Assembly: GCF_009914755.1 (NCBI RefSeq)
Contig: NC_060927.1
From: the human T2T-CHM13v2.0 reference genome, Homo sapiens
Direction: 5' to 3' (one strand)
DNA length: 64,000 nucleotides
Shown one piece after another: positions 26,525 to 39,470 of this stretch. The stretch's first letter is position 1. Each line of letters begins with the position of its first letter. A model generated the notes under the pieces. It had not been told where the DNA came from, ran no database searches, and worked only from the letters and a program-made list of their open reading frames with translations. The translations under genes and the position numbers were made by a program.

Positions 26525-28959
26525 TTATAAAATTGCCTTCTTTACATCATCCATGTAGAATATTCCTTATAACCACTTTTGTCAGTCTGAGAGCGCTTTT
26601 TGTTTTATCTATGTCTGTTAAACCATATGCTGAAACTGTTTTCTGCTTTCTTCATGAGGCTTTCCCTTATCCTTCACAGAACTATATTGAATAAATATTT
26701 AGTCTATTACTCTTGAAGTCTACACTGAAAAATACTTGAAACATTACTACTTTTCCTTATTTGTTTGTGGCATTCTGGCCACGAGTTTGTATAAATTATG
26801 TTTCAGAACTTTGGGCTTTGCCAGATGTTGAGTAATACGCTGCTAAGATGTAAGTACAAATGGTTTCACTCCTGACTCCTTTGTACAAGTGAAAGACAAC
26901 TTGGAATTCTAAACAGATTAGAAATGGAGGTTGCCATTCATTTGAGCTCTCTTAGAAAAGAAGGCTCTCTTTGACAAATCCCTCTGCTTATTAGACAAAG
27001 TGCAAAAAGCATTACATCTGGAGTTCATAAGCCATTGTTTTATGGAATTGATCCATCATACAATCCCTTACGCTCTTGAAATAAACCCATGAGAATTTAA
27101 GATGCTATATGCACACTTACTAACACATTCACTCATACATACACACCCCTCTATGCACACATGCTACCATTAGAGACTTGTGCCCTTGCAAAAAAATCTT
27201 ATAGCGTAGAATTGCAACATGCTTTTTAAATTGATAGTTATTTTTTTTTAACATCGTTTATCTTTCAAAAGACTTCTGAATTCAGCTACAGGAATTATTC
27301 TTATTCCTCGAAACTTATAACCCCCTATTCTTTGTACTCAAAATGTTTTGTAATACAACATTTTTTTTCCATTAAAAAGAGCAAAAGTAAAGCTACAATT
27401 ATTTTTGAAACACACCATCCCCAGATACTTCTGAATTTATTTTCCTTCCTCAAATCTTGAAGCACGTATTATTTCTTTCACATCTTTAGACCGTTAAAAC
27501 TCAATTGTTCATTCTGTGAGAAGAAAACTTAAGGAAACATTCAGCAAGTAGCTTTATATGTGGGAGATGGATTTTTAGAGGATTTTAGGTGTTTGAGAAG
27601 AGTTTCTCATAGATTCTGTTGCTTTCAGAATTCCTCAGGATGCCATTCTAAAGGATGACTGCAATTCAGATCAGCGAAGTGCTTTGATGTCTTATTTTTT
27701 CTTTTGCAGATTGTACTCCACATGTTCAGAAAGCCTTTCCCTAGAGTATAATTTAATGTAATTGACAGTCATTGTTCCTCGAAAGTTTGAATTAAATTAA
27801 CCTGAGCCTGAATGAAACTGGTAAAATAACCACGTACAGATTTCATTTTATTTTCCTTTAGGATCAGTGACAATATTATGTATAAAATTGGCAGTTGGCT
27901 ATTAGATCTTCATTGAATCACCCTAGATTTGATTAAAAGTAGATATTTCAGTGTACAGTAATTTAGGTTCATGAAAAACTCTTAGGTTTCTCATTTAGTT
28001 ATTGGGTTTATTGAGGAACAGGGTATTTTATGTGTGTAATGATGAATTTTGTTCTTTCTCTTTTTCCACTGAGATCAAATACAGACTGCAAAATTGACCG
28101 AGCATGAAATTGTTTTTAGAAATTGTGGGAGCTAGTTTCGATGGCAAGAATCAGAGGAACCGTTGTTAGTGAAAATGTGTTTGGAAAGGATGATGGTAGT
28201 GGGTAGGAGAGAATAGAGGTAGAGAGGTGTTAACATAAGGCAAAAACATTAAACTGACAAACACTTCTCTGTAGAGTAGTTGATGTGTTAAGCCAGCACA
28301 CTTAAAAGCATACAAGTTTTTGGATAGAAAAGTCTTCATTGTTCTGACTGTTTTTCTGGACATGTAGCTGGAAAGGAGACTCAAATCTTCATATGGATTT
28401 TGTGTCTTATGGTCACTGACACTGCAAAGCAATTAGCCTTCATGATGGCTGTGCTTATGCAATACTAATTAACATGCCTGTTGTGCTGTTTTCCCTGTTT
28501 GACCATGTGACAGCCCACAGGTCTGACACTCTCTGTGAGCCAACAGCTGAGGAAATTTCCAACATGGCAGATTTTTTTTACAAAACACACCCAAACAAAA
28601 ATGGAATCACACTTTTCCTGAACAACTGCATTAACAGAATGTGTTACAACGGATCTACAATTAGAGGATTGCATTCATATGTACTGGGGAAAAAAAAGGA
28701 GACGAGACCCTACTCAAGCATACGGATACAAATTGATTATACCTGGGTCCAGAATTTCAAAGTGTGATAACACTGTATTATAGTATCATGGAGAATATAA
28801 TTTACCAGTACAATCACATCTAGTAAAATTATCATTGAAAGTTAGAAGTAAAGTTGTCAATATATTTACGGCACCATGTGAGACCTCTATATTGAAGGGC
28901 TAATTTAGTAAATTTGTATGTGTTATGACTTTAAGAGTTTGGGCATTGGTGAGTTTTGT

Positions 28960-29210
28960 TTCTGTGTGTTTGTTCCTGTTGTGAGTGGGACTGGAATACT
29001 ATGATTAACAAAATCATATACAGGCACTTGATATGTGGATTGTACAGTCTAGTGGGTGAAGTTGGTTGAAGTTTATTTATAGGCTCTACAAATAAATATA
29101 AAATTAGCACTGATGTGAGGGGAGGTGCTTGATACTCTGAGATTGTTAATAGCAGTTTTTAGCCAGATTGTAAATTGAGGTAAGTTCCTTTGGAAGTGAC
29201 AATTGAGAAA
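28960..29210 (-). mobile_element. L2 fragment running into the VNTR
   Basis: ctggaatactatgattaacaaaa...tacagtctagtgggtg...ggaagtgacaattgag resembles antisense L2. Confidence 0.5.
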
Positions 29211-32200
29211 GACATAAAGTAAAATTGACGGTTAAATGGGTAAGCTGAGGCTAGAGCACCAAAGACATAAAGTAAAATTGACGGTTAAACGGGTAAGCTG
29301 AGACTAGATCACCCCAGACATAAAGTAAAATTGACGTTTAAACGGGGACACTGAGGCTAGATCACCCCAGAAATTAAGTAAAATTGATGGTTAAATGGGA
29401 AGTTGAGGCTAGAGCACTAAAGATATAAAGTAAAATTGACGGTTCAACGGGTAAGCTGAGGCTAGATCACCCCAGACATAAAGTAAAATTGACAGTTAAA
29501 CGGGTAAGCTGAGGCTAGATCACCAAAGACATAAAGTAAAATTGACGGTTAAACGGGTAAGCTGAGGCTAGATCACCAAAGACATAAAGTAAAATTAATG
29601 GTTAAATGGGAAGTTGAGGCTAGAACACTAAAGACATAAAGTAAAATTGACGGTTAAACGGGTAAGCTGAGGCTAGATCACTGAAGACATAAAGTAAAAT
29701 TGATGGTTAAATGGGTAAGCTGAGGCTAGATCACCAAAGACATAAAGTAAAATTGACAGTTAAACAGGTAAGCTGAGGCTAGGTCACCAAAGACATAAAG
29801 TAAAATTAATGGTAAAACGGGAAGTTGAGCCTAGATCCCTAAAGACATAAAGTAAAATTGATGGTTAAACGGGTAAGCTGAGGCTAGATCACCCCAGACA
29901 TTAAGTAAAATTGATGGTTAAACGGGTAAACTGAGGCTAGATCCCTAAAGACATAAAGTAAAATTGACGATTAAATGGGTAAGCTGAGGCTAGATCACCA
30001 AAGACATAAAGTAAAATTGACGGTTAAACGGATAAGCTGAGGCTAGATCACCAAAGACATAAAGTAAAATTGATGGTTAAACGGGTAAGCTGAGGCTAGA
30101 TCACCCAAGACACAAAGTAAAATTGATGGTTAAACGGGTAATCTGAGGCTAGATCACCCCAGACATAAAGTAAAATTGATGGTTAAACGGGAAGTTGAGG
30201 CTAGAACAGTAAAGACATAAAGTAAAATTGATGGTTAAATGGGTAAGCTGAGGCTAGATCACCCCAGACATAAAGTAAAATTGATGGTTAAACGGGTAAG
30301 CTGAGGCTAGATCACTAAAGACATAAAGTAAAATTGACGGTTAAACGGGTAAGCTGAGGCTAGATCACCCCAGACATAAAGTAGAATTGATGTTTAAATG
30401 GGTAAGCTGAGGCTAGAGCACTAAAGACATAAAGTAAAATTGACGGTTAAACGGGTAAGCTGAGGCTAGATCACCCCAGACATGAAGTAAAATTGATGGT
30501 TAAACGAGTAAGCTGAGGCTAGATCACCCCAGACGTAAAGTAAAATTGACGGGTAAACGGGTAAGCTGAGGCTAGATCACCCCAGACATAAAGTAAAACT
30601 GATGGTTAAACGGGAAGTTGAGGCTAGAACAGTAAAGACATAAAGTAAAATTGATGGTTAAATGGGTAAGCTGAGGCTAGAGCACTAAAGACATAAAGTA
30701 AAATTGACGGTTAAACGGGTAAGCTGAGGCTAGATCACCCCAGACATAAAGCAAAATTGACGGTTAACCGGGAAGGCTGAGGCTAGATCACCCCAGACGT
30801 AAAGTAAAATTGACGGTTAAATGGGTAAGCTGAGGCTACATCACCCCAGACATAAAGTAAAATTGATAGTTAAACGGGTAAGCTGAGGCTAGATCACCCC
30901 AGACATGAAGTAAAATTGATGGTTAAACGGGTAGGCTGAGGCTAGATCACCCCAGACATAAAGTAAAATTGATGGTTAAAAGGGTAGGCTGAGGCTAGAT
31001 CACCCCAGACATAAAGTAAAATTGATGGTTAAACGGGAAGGTGAGGCTAGAGCAGTAAAGACATAAAGTAAAATTGACGGTTAAATGGGTAAGCTGAGGC
31101 TAGATCACCCCAGACATAAAGTAAAATTGATGGTTAAATGGGTAAGCTGAGGCTAGATCACTAAAGACATAAAGTAAAATTGACAGTTAAACGGGTAAGC
31201 TGAGGCTAGATCACCCAGACATAAAGTAAAATTGAAGATTAAACGGGAAGTTGAGGCTAGAACAGTAAAGGCATAAAGTAAAATTGATGGTTAAACGGGT
31301 AAGCTGAGGCTAGATCACCCCAGACATAAAGTAAAATTGATGGATAAACGGGTAAGCTGAGGCTAGATCACCCCAGACGTGAAGTAAAATTGACGGCTAA
31401 AAGTGTAAGCTGAGACTAGATCACCCCAGACATAAAGTAAAATTGATGGTTAAACGGGTAAGCTGAGGCTAGATCACCCCAGAAATAAAGTAAAATTGAC
31501 GGCTTAACGGGTAAGCTGAGACTAGTTCACCCCAGACATAAAGTAAAATTGACGGTTAAACGGGTAAGCTGAGGCTAGATCACCCCAGACATAAAGTAAA
31601 ATTGATGGTTAAACGGGTAAGCTGAGGCTAGATCACCCCAGACATAAAGTAAAATTGATGGTTAAACGGGTAAGCTGAGGCTAGATCACCCCAGACGTAA
31701 AGCAAAATTGACGGCCAAACGGGTAAGCTGAGGCTAGATCACCCAGACATAAAGTAAAATTGATGGTTAAATGGGAAGTTGAGGCTGGAACAGTAAAGAC
31801 ATAAAGTAAAATTGACGGTTAAATGGGTAAGCTGAGGCTAGATCACCAAAGACATAAAGTAAAATTGACGGTTAAACGGATAAGCTGAGGCTAGATCACC
31901 AAAGACATAAAGAAAAATTGATGCTTAAACGGGTAAACTGAGGCTAGAGCACTAAAGACATAAAGTAAAATTGATGGTTAAATGGGTAAGCTGAGGCTAG
32001 ATCACCCAAGACATAAAGTAAAATTGATGGTTAAATGGGTAAGCTGAGGCCAGATCACCCCAGACATAAAGTAAAATTGATGGTTAAACAGGAAGTTGAG
32101 GCTAGAACAGTAAAGACATAAAGTAAAATTGACGGTTAAACGGGTAAGCTGAGGCTAGATCACCCCAGACATAAAGTAAAATTGATGGTTAAACGGGAAG

Positions 32201-35200
32201 TTGAGGCTAGAGCACTAAAGACATAAAGTAAATTTGACGGTTAAACAGGTAAGCTGAGGCTAGATCACCCCAGATATAAAGTAAAACTGACGGTTAAACG
32301 GGTAAGCTGAGGCTAGATCACTAAAGACATAAAGTAAAATTGACGATTAAACGGTAAGCTGAGGCTAGATCACCAAAGACATAAAGTAAAATTGACGATT
32401 AAACGGTAAGCTGAGGCTAGATCACCAAAGACATTAAGTAAAATTGACGGTTAAACGGGTAAGCTGAGGCTAGATCACCAAAGACATAAAGTAAAATTGA
32501 TGGTTAAATGGGTAAGCTGAGGCTAGAGCACTAAAGACATAAAGTAAAATTGGCGGTTAAACGGGTAAGCTGAGGCTAGATCACCCCAGACATAAAGTAA
32601 AATTGATGGTTAAATGGGAAGTTGAGGCTAGAACAGTAAAGACATAAAGTAAAATTGACGGTTAAACGGGTAAGCTGAGGCTAGATCACCCCAGACATAA
32701 AGTAAAATTGACGGTTATACAGGTAAGCTGAGGCTAGATCACCAAAGACATAAAGTAAAATTGATGGTTAAACGGGTAAGCTGAGGCTAGAACAGTAAAG
32801 ACATAAAGTAAAATTGACGATTAAACGGGTAAGCTGAGGCTAGATCACCCCAGACATAAAGTAAAATTGATGGTTAAACGGGTAAGCTGAGGCTAGATCA
32901 CTAAAGACATAAAGTAAAATTGACGGTTAAATGGGTAAGCTGAGGCTAGATCACCCCAGACATAAAGTAGAATTGATGTTTAAATGGGTAAGCTGAGGCT
33001 AGAGCACTAAAGACATAAAGTAAAATTGACGGGTAAACGGGTAAGCTGAGGCTAGATCACCCCAGACACAAAGTAAAATTGACGGTTAAACGGGTAAGCT
33101 GAGGCTAGATCACCCAGACATAAAGTAAAATTGATGGTTAAATGGGAAGTTGAGGCTAGAACAGTAAAGACATAAAGTAAAATTGATGGTTAAACGGGTA
33201 AGCTGAGGCTAGATCACCCCAGACATAAAGTAAAATTGATGGTTAAACGGGAAGTTGAGGCTAGAACAGTAAAGACATAAAGTAGAATTGATGGTTAAAC
33301 GGGTAGGCTGAGGCTAGATCACCCCAGATGTAAAGTAAAATTGACGGCTAAACGAGTAAGCTGCAGCTAGATCACCCCAGACATAAAGTAAAATTGATGG
33401 TTAAACGGGTAAGCTGAGGCTAGATCACCCCAGACATAAAGTAAAATTGACGGTTAAACGGGTACACTGAGGCTAGATCACCCAGACATAAAGTAAAATT
33501 GAAGATTAAATGGGAAGTTGAGGCTAGAACAGTAAAGACATAAAGTAAAATTGATGGTTAAACGGGTAAGCTGAGGCTAGATCACCCCAGACATAAAGTA
33601 AAATTGATGGTTAAACGGGTAAGCTGAGGCTAGATCACCCCAGATGTGAAGTAAAATTGACGGCTAAAAGGGTAAGCTGAGACTAGATCACCCCGGACAT
33701 AAAGTAAAATTGATGGTTAAACGGGAAGTTGAGGCTAGAGCACTAAAGACATAAAGTAAAATTGACGGTTAAACGGGTAAGCTGAGGCTAGATCACCAAA
33801 GACATAAAATAAAATTGACGGTTAAACGGGTAAGCTGAGGCTAGATCACCAAAGACATAAAGTAAAATTGATGGTTAAACGGGTAAGCTGAGGCTAGGTC
33901 ACCAAAGACATAAAGTAAAATTAATGGTAAAACGGGAAGTTGAGCCTAGATCCCTAAAGACATAAAGTAAAATTGACGGGTAAACGGGTAAGCTGAGGCT
34001 AGATCACCCCAGACATTAAGTAAAATTGATGGTTAAACGGGTAAACTGAGGCTAGATCCCTAAAGACATAAAGTAAAATTGACGGTTAAACAGGTAAGCT
34101 GAGGCTAGATCATCAAAGACATAAAGTAAAATTGACGGTTAAACGGGTAAGCTGAGGCTAGATCACCCCAGACATAAAGTAAAATTGATGGTTAAACGGG
34201 TAAGCTGAGGCTAGATCACCAAAGACATGAAGTAAAATTGATGGTTAAACGGGTAAGCTGAGGCTAGATCACCCCAGACACAAAGTAAAATTGACGGTTA
34301 AACGGGTAAGCTGAGGCTAGATCACCCCAGACATAAAGTAAAATTAATGGTTAAACGGGAAGTTGAGGCTAGAACAGTAAAGACATAAAGTAAAATTGAC
34401 AGTTAAACAGGTAAGCTGAGGCTAGATCACCCCAGACATAAAGTAAAATTGATGGTTAAACGAGTAAGCTGAGGCTAGATCACCAAAGACATAAAGTAAA
34501 ATTGACGGTTAAACGGATAAGCTGAGGCTAGATCACCAAAGACTTAAAGAAAAATTGATGCTTAAACGGGTAAACTGAGGCTAGAGCACTAAAGACATAA
34601 AGTAAATTTGACGGTTAAAAAGGTAAGCTGAGGCTAGATCACCCCAGATATAAAGTAAAATTGACGGTTAAACGGGTAAGCTGAGGCTAGATCACTAAAG
34701 ACATAAAGTAAAATTGACGATTAAACGGTAAGCTGAGGCTAGATCACCAAAGACATAAAGTAAAATTGACGATTAAACGGTAAGCTGAGGCTAGATCACC
34801 AAAGACATTAAGTAAAATTGACGGCTAAACGGGTAAGCTGAGGCTAGATCACCAAAGACATAAAGTAAAATTGATTGTTAAATGGGTAAGCTGAGGCTAG
34901 AGCACTAAAGACATAAAGTAAAATTGATGGTTAAATGGGAAGTTGAGGCTAGAACAGTAAAGACATAAAGTAAAATTGACGGTTAAATGGGTAAGCTGAG
35001 GCTAGATCACCCCAGACATAAAGTAAATTGACGGTTAAACGGGTAAGCTGAGGCTAGATCACCAAAGTCATAAAGTAAAATTGACTGTTAAACGGGTAAG
35101 CTGAGGCTAGATCACCCCACACATAAAGTAAAATTGACGGTTAAATGGGTAAGCTGAGGCTAGATCACCCCAGACATAAAGTAAAATTGATGGTTAAACG

Positions 35201-35960
35201 GGAAGTTGAGGCTAGATCACTAAAGACATAAAGTGAAATTGACGGTTAAACGGGTAAGCTGAGGCTAGATCACCCCAGACATAAAGTAAAATTGATGTTT
35301 AAATGGGTAAGCTGAGGCTAGAGCACTAAAGACATAAAGTAAAATTGACGGGTAAACGGGTAAGCTGAGGCTAGATCACCCCAGACACAAAGTAAAATTG
35401 ACGGTTAAACGGGTAAGCTGAGGCTAGATCACCCAGGCATAAAGTAAAATTGATGGTTAAACGGGTAAGCTGAGGCTAGATCACTCCAGGCATAAAGTAA
35501 AATTGATGGTTAAACGGGAAGTTGAGGCTAGAACAGTAAAGACATAAAGTAGAATTGATGGTTAAACGGGTAAGCTGAGGCTAGATCACCCCAGATATGA
35601 AGTAAAATTGATGGTTAAACGGGTAGGCTGAGTCTAGATCACCCCAGATGTAAAGTAAAATTGACGGCTAAACGAGTAAGCTGAGGCTAGATCACCCCAG
35701 ACATAAAGTAAAATTGATGGTTAAACGGGAAGTTGAGGCTAGAACAGTAAAGACATAAAGTAGAATTGATGGTTAAACGGGTAAGCTGAGGCTAGATCAC
35801 CCCAGACATAAAGTAAAATTGATGGTTAAACGGGCAAGCTGAGGCTAGATCACCCCAGACATAAAGTAAAATTGACGGTTAAACGGGTACACTGAGGCTA
35901 GATCACCAAAAACATAAAGTAAAATTGACGGCTAAACCGTCAAACTGAGGCTAGGGCACG
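29208..35960. repeat. 53-bp VNTR/minisatellite, ~127 copies (~6.75 kb)
   Basis: Consensus aaagacataaagtaaaattgacggttaaacgggtaagctgaggctagatcacc; period 53 measured (gacataaag at 29528 and 29581); 52-bp variants also present. Confidence 0.99.
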
Positions 35961-36180
35961 AAGTCACACACTGCTGCACATTGGACTTGCCTCAGATGTT
36001 GGTTTTTTGTTTGTCTTGTTTTCTTTTGTTTTGCTTCTGTTCTCTTTTTTTCCTAAATTACTGATACCCGAGTCCCATGTCTAGAGTCTAATTTAATTGT
36101 TCAGTGTATTCCCTGGACATTGAGACCTTTAGAGTATCCCCAGGTGATTGTGATGCATAGCAATGTTTGAGAACAATTGC
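35960..36180. mobile_element. MER5-type hAT MITE
   Basis: ctgctgcacattggac...gagtctaatttaattgttcag...ccccaggtgattgtgatgcatagcaatgtttgagaaca. Confidence 0.7.
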
Positions 36181-36415
36181 TCAGAATATTCTAGGCCGAT
36201 GGAAAAGGCCTTGTGGTAAGATGAATCATGGCAAAATCTTAAGAAGGCTGAAAGGTTACTTGCTGCTCCTGCAGGACAAAAGAGGAGGGACCTGGGAGAG
36301 AGGCGTGTGCAACATGAGACTGAATAGCTGGCCAAGAAGAAGCTTCTAGGCCATTATACCGGTTTGGTGCTTTGCTGATTAGCAGCAAGAAGCCATTCAA
36401 GTCTTTCAGTGGACA
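36181..36415 (-). mobile_element. L2 fragment (continuation of 28960-29210)
   Basis: gaatattctaggccgatggaaaaggccttgtggtaag...ggaagccattcaagtctttcag. Confidence 0.5.
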
Positions 36416-36688
36416 TGTCTTTCCACCACCTCGTGTGAAAAATATGGAAGTGTTGACTGCTTTTCTCGCATACTTTGACTTATTCGTCTGTATGTACCTT
36501 TAAATGGACAGGATTTTTTGAAATTAAGTTGTTCATGGAGAAACTAAAAATTTTTTTTTTTTTAGTCTGGAGTTATCACAAAGTTGGAAAATGTATTTTA
36601 AAAATCTACGATGGTCCATAGTCATTAGATCAGTCTTCAATTCTGGGTCTTCCAGCCACCACAGGTGGATCTGAGATGAGTTGTACTG

Positions 36689-36848
36689 CAGTGGGCTTTC
36701 AACTTGGGCTACATGTGACAGTGACCTAGGGACATTTTTACAACTACTGATGTTCAGGCTCAAGTTAGTCAATTTACGAGTGATAGTTAAGCATAATTTT
36801 TGAGGTTCCTTAGGTGGTTCTAACATTTAGCCAGAGTTAATAACAACT
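36689..36848. mobile_element. MER5-type hAT MITE
   Basis: cagtgggctttcaacttgggctacatg...ttaggtggttctaacatttagccagagttaataacaact. Confidence 0.6.
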
Positions 36849-38261
36849 CACCTGCTGGATAAATCTTTTTGGATTTAATTAAATTTGGGCATATTGATCT
36901 TAGACATGAACTAGAGTCTCTTGATTTTTGAAAACGAGGGGAAGTTAAAATGAACACCTTGAGGTATTTGCTTAAGTGCACTCCCTTCACAGAATAGAGA
37001 TGAGTCCTTTACAGGCAGATCTGGTTAAAGGAAACTCCCTCCGGAATGCTGGGTGATGGACGAAATGAGGGAAACCTTGCCTCCTCTGGAAGCTTGCCAT
37101 TGGCTACATCAGATTTTACATGTTGCGTTTTCAAAAGTCAGTCTCTCGGATCTAACTTTAAAGATATGTACTTCTAACAGTTGGTTCTGATTATTTCCCC
37201 ACAGTTGTGTCAAGTCCACACAGTTGTATCAATGCTTCTGCTTTTCTAGACGCTAGTTAACACTCAGAGGTTTTACATTTAACGGAAGAAGAAATTGACA
37301 AACAAAGGAAGTAAAGGAAGTTTATGTGGAATAGAAAGGGAAGGAAACAGACCTTGAACATGTGTAGAAAGGAGGAAACAGACTTTGTCCGGGATAGAAG
37401 GCCCATTGACATGAGGAGGCATGCTAACAGAGGTCAGAAAGAGTAGAAAGAGTCGTTGGACATGGGCCAAGAAGGTTCAACACCAGGTAGCAGCTGAATG
37501 AGTCCATCAGTGGATGGGCTACCTAAGCGGGTAGGGCATTGTGCTTGTGGGTTATTCTGCAAATCCTCCTCAGCCAACAATGAGTGTCATTGGATCCATC
37601 AAAGGATTCAGTGAAAATGAAGCTTTTTTGGGTGAAGAATTCCAAGGAAATTCTGAAGGTTGTGACTTAGATGAAGAAAAATTCTCAGCATGAATTGAAT
37701 AATATTCACACGAAGTCTGAAAGTTAAAACTTAGAATAAGTACTGAAACCACACCAACTAACACCAGGAAACGCAGAGGGCCATTTACTAATAACTCTTA
37801 GGAGTTCAAGCATGGAAAATGATTTTCTAAAGGTCAAACTTAGAAGATTATGCCTTTCACCTCCATGAAGTTTCATAGCTGGAAAGGAACTCCAATCCCA
37901 ACCCCTCATTTAACAAATGAGAAAATTGAAGTGAAATGATTTGCCAAACTAAGGAATTCTTGAGAGCAATGCCTAGAGTCCAGACTCTCTCACTCATGAG
38001 TCTTTTGTATTCTTAGTCTGTCATGCTGCCTTCAGACCAGGGCAAAATATGAGACTGAACTGAAGTGGGAGAAGGTTTACTTCAGTCATGGGAAACCACC
38101 ATTAAGGGTTATTTGTTGCTGGGAAAGTACACTGTTGTAATAGCTGCACTGTAACAATCACAGCTGACTAACAGCAAGTTATCCTCAGCAGAGCCGTGAA
38201 CAGAAAACTTTGGTTGGGCTTCAGGAGATGAGTTTAAATTATTCTCTGTTACAGACAAATT

Positions 38262-39470
38262 TGTTATTCATTCCTTCATTCATCTGTGCCTCCTGTGTGC
38301 ATGGGAGTGTGCTTGGCACTGTAGAATAGATAAAGCAATAGACCCTGCCCTGAAAGTTCTTATAGTCAGTATGGAAGATAAGATATACGTGTACAGAATT
38401 ATAATAAAACACTGACTGACAAAAGTGTCGTGAGATCTGGAACAAATCAGTAGCCAGGACATTTCAGAAGATAGAGGGGCTATTTTTATCTTCTAGGGCA
38501 AACAGAATTGCCAGAGTCAAGATTATTTCATGAAAAAGGTAGAATTTAAATTAGACATTGAATGATAAGTAAGATGTGCATGATGAGGAACAGGAAGAAA
38601 GCATTTTAGAAAGAGGGAAAAAGAGAAGCATGAATGAAAAAAATTAGTGCTTTTTAACAGGATGTGAAACATTTTTTAAAATATAAGTTGAGATGGCAAG
38701 TTGGAATTAGATTCTAAAATATTAGTCTACATATGTTTAAACTGACATTTAAATTGAGGACAGAAGAATGGAATAGATAGGTGTGGTATCAGGATGTGTT
38801 TTGGTAAAAGCAACTTAAGAGAGAGCGAAGACTAGTCTGGAGATAAGAAGGACTGAAAGCCTAGAGATATATTAGTTTGTTCTCACGCTGCTATGAAGAA
38901 ATACCTGAGACTGGGTAACTTATAAAGGAAAGAGGTTTAATTGACTCACAGTTGAACGGGGCTGGAGAGGCTTCAGGAAACTTACAATCGTGATGGAAGG
39001 AGAAGCAAACACGTCCTTCTTCACGTGGCAGCAGGAAGGAAAAGTGCTGAGCAAAGGGGAAAAAGCCCCTTATAAAACCATCAGATTCCCTGAGAACTCA
39101 CTCACTATCATGAGAACAGCATAGGAGTAACTGCCCCCATGATTCCATTACCTCCCACTGGTTCTCTTCCATGATACGTGGGGATTATGGGAACTATAAT
39201 TCAACATGAGATTTGGGTGGGGGACACATCAGGAGACTTCTTAGATTATGATTGCAAAATCTCAGGTCAGACTAATTGAAAATAGGAATCAGAGGAACAA
39301 CGATAATAATACAGATTACAACAGAGAGGGACGATAGAGTGGTGAGTGGCAGGCAATGTCTGCCAACTGGATAAAAGTAAGAGAATGGAAATGGAGACCC
39401 CAAGTTGGTTTCAAAGATTCTAAGCCTGGGTAACAGGAGGGAAGACAGAGTCATGAAAATCAATATGGGA
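38262..39470 (-). mobile_element. L2 (interrupted by THE1D)
   Basis: ttattcattccttcattcat...gtgcttggcactgtagaata...ccctgccctgaaagttcttatagtc; resumes after 39231 (gtttcaaagattctaagcctgggtaacaggag). Confidence 0.7.
38868..39231 (-). mobile_element. THE1D-like MaLR solo LTR
   Basis: tattagtttgttctcacgctgctatgaagaaatacctgagactggg...gagatttgggtgggggacacatca; TSD agaga/ggaga. Confidence 0.9.

Noticed and set aside
29208-35960. CRISPR-like or iteron-like array
   Set aside because: Units are contiguous with no unique spacers; context is primate DNA with no cas or rep genes
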